Origin: Octopus sinensis
Lineage: Eukaryota
DNA length: 64,000 nucleotides
Direction of reading: 5' to 3'
NCBI RefSeq assembly: GCF_006345805.1
Contig: NC_043002.1
Location: 39,122,001 to 39,186,000 of the forward strand
In this document: piece by piece, positions 57,978-64,000 of the stretch
How positions within the stretch are numbered: position 1 is the first letter of the stretch
Layout: each line of letters opens with the position of its first letter
Made by a program: the position numbers and the translations under genes
Notes under the pieces: model-generated
The model's input: the letters and a program-made list of their open reading frames with translations, nothing else
Database searches by the model: none
Told to the model about the DNA's origin: nothing

Positions 57978-58457
57978 GTAGATACATACATACATACATA
58001 CATACATACATACATACATACATACATACATACATACACACATACATACATACATTGATTGATTGATTGATTATGCGGATAAACAAATTAGAATTGAAAT
58101 ATAACAGTTTGAGCTTGATATACAAAATATATATATAAACGTGTGTGTGTGGGTGTGTATGTGTGTGTGTGTGTGGTGTGTGTGTGTGTGTACACGCAAA
58201 CAGGAAGAAAGCAAAGATTGGAGATGAATATTTATGTATAAATATAGAGATAAATACGCATCAATAGATCAGACTAACACAGAATACAAACGACAGAGAA
58301 AATTAAAAGTGAGGAAGAAAGGTGTTATAAGTCCAACTGGTGTTTCTGGAGGCTCGGAGACCCATCATAATGTTGGTCGATATAGTTCACCAAAATATGC
58401 AGCCAGTAATGGAAGCAAATAAACATTGGTTAAATAGAGCCTCCGTACGTGTGTATA

Positions 58458-59893
<1,436 letters not shown>

Positions 59894-59974
59894 AAGTAAC
59901 AACAAAAGAATGACACCTTGATAGCAGAAAGAGGATTATTTATATATGTTATGATTTAGAACAAACAGTAAAAG

Positions 59975-60048
59975 GTTGTCATTATAGTACTCGGAGTTTC
60001 GAATGTCGAAACGAAGGCCTTACATTCTCATCGGCTATTAATGGCAAC
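59975..60048 (-). ncRNA. Type I hammerhead-like motif (U4C core variant)
   Basis: GUUGCCAUUAAUAG-CCGAUGA-GAAUGU..ACAUUC-GAAA-CUCCGA-GUA^CUAUAAUGACAAC. Stem I is ~13 positions with one bulge and one mismatch; stem II is 6 bp. Confidence 0.65.
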
Positions 60049-60214
60049 AGATGCTATAAAAATTAACGTCGAATAAAAGAGAAGTTACTCTAATAGGTAG
60101 AAAAAAAAGAAAAAGATTAAAAAAATACACGCAACCATATTCACACAATACATAGACATAAACCTCCTGCGTTCATAACCTCTACATACGTACACACTCA
60201 CACAAACATATATC

Positions 60215-60530
60215 TCTCGTGGAAACGGCATCCAACTAAAGTACAAATATATGGGAAACTACCACCTGTATCATCTCTTGTGCAAGGTAGAAGAGTCCAG
60301 TTTGGTGGGCATTGTTGTAGAGCTGAAAACGAGGTAATTTCTACTCTTCTCCTCTGGAAGCCATCTGCTCGCGATACCAGAGGGCACACACTCTCCTACC
60401 CTAATGTAATCTTCAAGGATACAGGCATCCAGCAACAGGACCTCCGTAATGCTATGATGGACCGTGAAGTCTGGCGTAACATAGTAAATTCCATTGTCTC
60501 GACCACGGTCGAACAATGATGATGGTGATA
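60215..60530 (+). mobile_element. RTE-clade LINE 3' end
   Basis: IYGKLPPVSSLVQGRRVQFGGHCCRAENEVISTLLLWKP..DTGIQQQDLRNAMMDREVWR..*, followed by a (TGA)n tail. Confidence 0.85.
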
Positions 60531-60724
60531 TATATATATATTTGAGTAGAAAAATGAAATATCTTTTTATGGATAATTCGTTTAACCGATACCTGGGTAG
60601 CAAATTCACATCAGAAATAATACGGTTGAAGTTACGTGCCTAGGGCAGAGACTACGTGTTTTCGTGTGGAAATTTGTGCGTATTTTTATAAAATTTATGA
60701 ATAAATGAAAGAATGACAAATTAA

Positions 60725-60835
60725 CAAATTTCCTTTATTTTCGACATATGTTTCGAAGGCTGCATATTCCTAATTGTGAAGGAATAAGGAGTACATTATG
60801 CCGCTTTCTCATCAGGAAAAACAAGGAATTTATGT
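60725..60835 (-). ncRNA. Type I hammerhead ribozyme with canonical core, inside a (TA)n-flanked element (~60541-60890)
   Basis: Minus strand: UUCCUUGUUUUUC-CUGAUGA-GAAAGCGGCAUA...UAUGCAGCCUUC-GAAA-CAUAU-GUC^GAAAAUAAAGGAA. Stem I, extended stem II, palindromic stem III (ACAUAUGU) and a GUC triplet are all present. Predicted cleavage is between 60743 and 60742. Confidence 0.8.
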
Positions 60836-60902
60836 CAACATCAAGATTCACAAAAACTTTTAGATGACTGCTCTCACGGAGCGCATAGCGATATATATAT
60901 AT

Positions 60903-60974
<72 letters not shown>

Positions 60975-61729
60975 AGAAGTATTGAGGGTGATATATATAT
61001 ATATATATATATTATAACACAACCCACACACAATCTCACAGAATCACCACCAGACGTTAAAATACGAAAGATAGCTTAGGCAGCACATACGAACCACAAA
61101 CACCGGCGAACAAGAGAACTCGCGTTACACATATCGTGCCCCGATAAAATAAACAGATGCAGTACTCAAAAGAAACGTATGTAACAATGAAACAAACTTT
61201 ACAACAACGTAAAAGAAAAGAAGAAATTCTTTCTTTTTACCCTGCCAAAGCATAATTATAAATACATGCGCACGTGAACACACGGACGCACACATGCATG
61301 CAGACACACACACATATACATGCACACGCACATATATCTATATATACAAACACTCATGCATCTCGAGAGCCCACATGTGCATCTGGTAATGCAGTCGTCA
61401 CTGACATGAAACTTGAAAACACAATGTTACTGCTGATTATGATGATGATGATAATGATGATGATAACGGAGTTGACGATGATAATGATGATGATGATGAC
61501 GTCAACAACGATGACTACGACGACGACGAAATGGCGGGAAGAGGAGCAGGAAGAGAAGTCGAGGAGGAGGAGAAGGAGGATCACTATGACTACGATGATG
61601 ATGATGATGATGATGACGACGACAACGATGACGACGATGATGATGATGATGATGATTGATGGTTGTAGTTGTGGTGATATTGGTGGTGGTGGTGGTAGGT
61701 AGGTAGGGTGAGGTTCCATACTTTGGCAC

Positions 61730-62485
61730 AAGACCATAGTTTGCAAGTGGAACGTCGATGTCAATGGAATCGACACCAGAATTTAGTGGCTACTTTGATA
61801 CTTATATATTTGACTTCGATAGGATAAAATGTCGTGTTCAAATACCGGTAATATTTGAAATGGAAACGAAAGATGATAAAAAGCAAACAACCTTGTCGAA
61901 TATGTCTGGCATTTTGGTGCTTCTGCCAAACAGCCACCAAGACAAACAGAATCTCTTTTCTACTCCAGGCACAAGGCCCGAAATTTTGGAGGAGGGAGCC
62001 AAAAGTCGACCTTGGCAGAATTTGAACTCAAAACGTAAAGACAGACGAAATACCGCTAAGCATTTCGCCGGGCGTGCTAACATTTCTGCCAGCTCGTCGC
62101 CTTTAAATATTCTCTTCTACTCTAGGCACAAGGCCCGAAATTTTGAGGGAGGGGGCCAGCCGTTTAGATCGATCCCAGTACGAAAATAGTACTTGATTTA
62201 TTGACCCCGAAGGGATGAAAGACAAAGTCGACCACGTCGGAATTTGAACTCAAAACGTAAAGACAAACGAAATACCTATTTCTTTACTACCCACAAGGGG
62301 CTAAACACAGAGAGGACAAACAAGGACAGACAAACGGATTAAGTCGATTATATCGACCACAGTGCGTAACTGGTACTTAATTTATCGATCCCGAAGGGAT
62401 GAAAGGAAAAGTCGACCACGGCGGAATTTGAACTCAAAACGTAAAGACAGACGAAATACCTATTTCTTTACTATCCACAAGGGAA
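61730..62485 (-). mobile_element. Cluster of family C SINEs
   Basis: Four or so partial copies, including a tandem GAATTTGAACTCAAAACGTAAAGACA unit. Confidence 0.8.
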
Positions 62486-62601
62486 CCATTTATCAGTATG
62501 TCTAAATCCTAGATTTCTACAAAGCTCCTAGTGGATTGCTCTCCCTAGATTGTCATGTCTTTTCTTGTATTCTTTCTGTGACAGCATGCTACATTCACTT
62601 A

Positions 62602-62849
62602 GTGGAGGCCCATGGCCTAGTGGTTAGAGCAGTGGACTCGCGGTCGAGGTAGTGCGGGTTCGAATCTCAGACCGGGCGATGTGTGTGTTTATGAGCGAAA
62701 CACCTAAGCTCCACGCTGCTCCGGCAGAAGGTAATGGCGAACTTCTGCTGACTCTTTCGCCGGCGTCCCGTCCAGGTGGGGAACCTATACGCCAAGGAAA
62801 CCGGGAAACCGGCCCTATGAGCCAGGCGTGAGTCGAGAAAGAACAAACA
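62602..62849 (+). mobile_element. tRNA-derived SINE, family B variant, with TSD
   Basis: TGGCCTAGTGG and GGTTCGAATCT boxes; 16-bp TSD ATGCTACATTCACTTA at 62586-62601 and 62850-62865. Confidence 0.9.
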
Positions 62850-62914
62850 ATGCTACATTCACTTACTGTATGAGTAACGCTTTCCTGTTTTGATTGGGGT
62901 CTTTAAAATAAGTA

Positions 62915-63452
62915 CTATTATTATTGAGTGAGAGAGCAGTGCATGCCAACATAGTGACACTGGGGTAAAATATACAAAGCCCAGTATACCCATCATGACT
63001 ACCCGTCTGATAAGGGTACATCGGGCACATGCACCACAACCATATGTGCGCGACATGATGATCTCATATCAAAATATACAGCGCATAACCTTGCAGATGG
63101 GACCCAGTTAGAATTTTTTTTCAGGTCGTGTAGCCCATCACGCTCAAAAGGTGCCTGAATAAGAGATGTTTAAGGGTTTTGAACGAAATACCCATGTTTC
63201 CCGAGGTGAATTATTCAAACTCCAAAGAATTCCTCTAAACACATGACTATGATGCTCCCCCACTACTTCAGCTCATGATCAGCCACTAAGGTACATGCTC
63301 AACTGGTTACGGTCAAGCAACTGATAAGCAAATCTGTGGTATTGAGCAGAATATTTGCTGTAGCCCATCTTTTATACCAAGACAAAATAATGAACGTGAT
63401 AGCACTTCCAATCAGTTAAGATCAGAAGTCATGAAAGCTACTGTCTGGTACT
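62915..63452. repeat. Probable interspersed repeat near (TAA)n tracts, class unresolved
   Basis: Compositionally distinct, more GC-balanced block starting at a short (ATT)n run. No convincing ORF and no second copy in the window. Confidence 0.3.
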
Positions 63453-63535
63453 ACCATTCGGTTCCATACAACTTAAATTTTCTGCAATATGCCTTCGAAA
63501 CTTTAAATCGCATGGAGCCGAATTAAACTGTTTTA

Positions 63536-63620
<85 letters not shown>

Positions 63621-63789
63621 TAACTCCTACAAAATGTGTTAAGTGACTCTTCCGATTCTCTAATCAACCAACCGTGCCTATCAGTCAGGAGAAAGGGGTT
63701 GTACCCCTGTGTTCGTGGGCCTTCTATGTATAGAACAATCCATGCACTTTCTACGATTTTACACAGTTGTTTGAATTCGTCGTTGATGT

Positions 63790-64000
63790 TTAGCCCTGGG
63801 CCAAACCTGATCAGACAGATCTAAGATCAAAAGTATTTCAGACATGACCATCCGCTTTATTTTTTTTCTAATTTTCCTCCTAAGTGCAAAGAACCCAAGA
63901 TTACATAATTAATGTGATTCTCCTCCAAGACTATGAAATGTGATTTGTGGGATATTTGGCTGCTATCTCAAGCAAATCGGCGACCACGTAAAGACACTTT
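63790..64000 (+). repeat. Old dispersed repeat family (unclassified)
   Basis: TGTGATTTG.GGGA.ATTTGGCTGCTAT.TC.AGCA motif recurs degenerately near 8100, 8370, 15760, 16025, 24235, 44900, 48500(-), 53970(-) and 57230(-). Confidence 0.6.

Overview
This is AT-rich, intron-scale eukaryotic DNA. The tRNA-derived SINE families and very high microsatellite load point to a coleoid cephalopod, most likely Octopus (inference). Almost every entry in the ORF track is a microsatellite artefact. The one well-supported host coding sequence is a minus-strand exon (50318-50220) encoding the start of a PDZ domain ([12 protein letters not shown], synaptopodin-2/Shroom/PDLIM class). No downstream exon could be identified, so most of 1-50219 is probably intron. 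The rest is dozens of SINEs, RTE, CR1 and R4/Dong LINE remnants, Tc1/mariner relics, MITEs and two local duplications. The most notable signal is about a dozen short (~100-350 bp) non-coding elements beside (TA)n/(TG)n/(TATG)n microsatellites. Each carries a type I hammerhead ribozyme fold with a short palindromic stem III. One has a fully canonical core (60815-60743, minus strand); the others have family-specific core variants, and several sit in fold-back arrangements. They look like Penelope pseudo-LTR derivatives or retrozyme-like elements. All folds were read by eye; no folding or database search was run.
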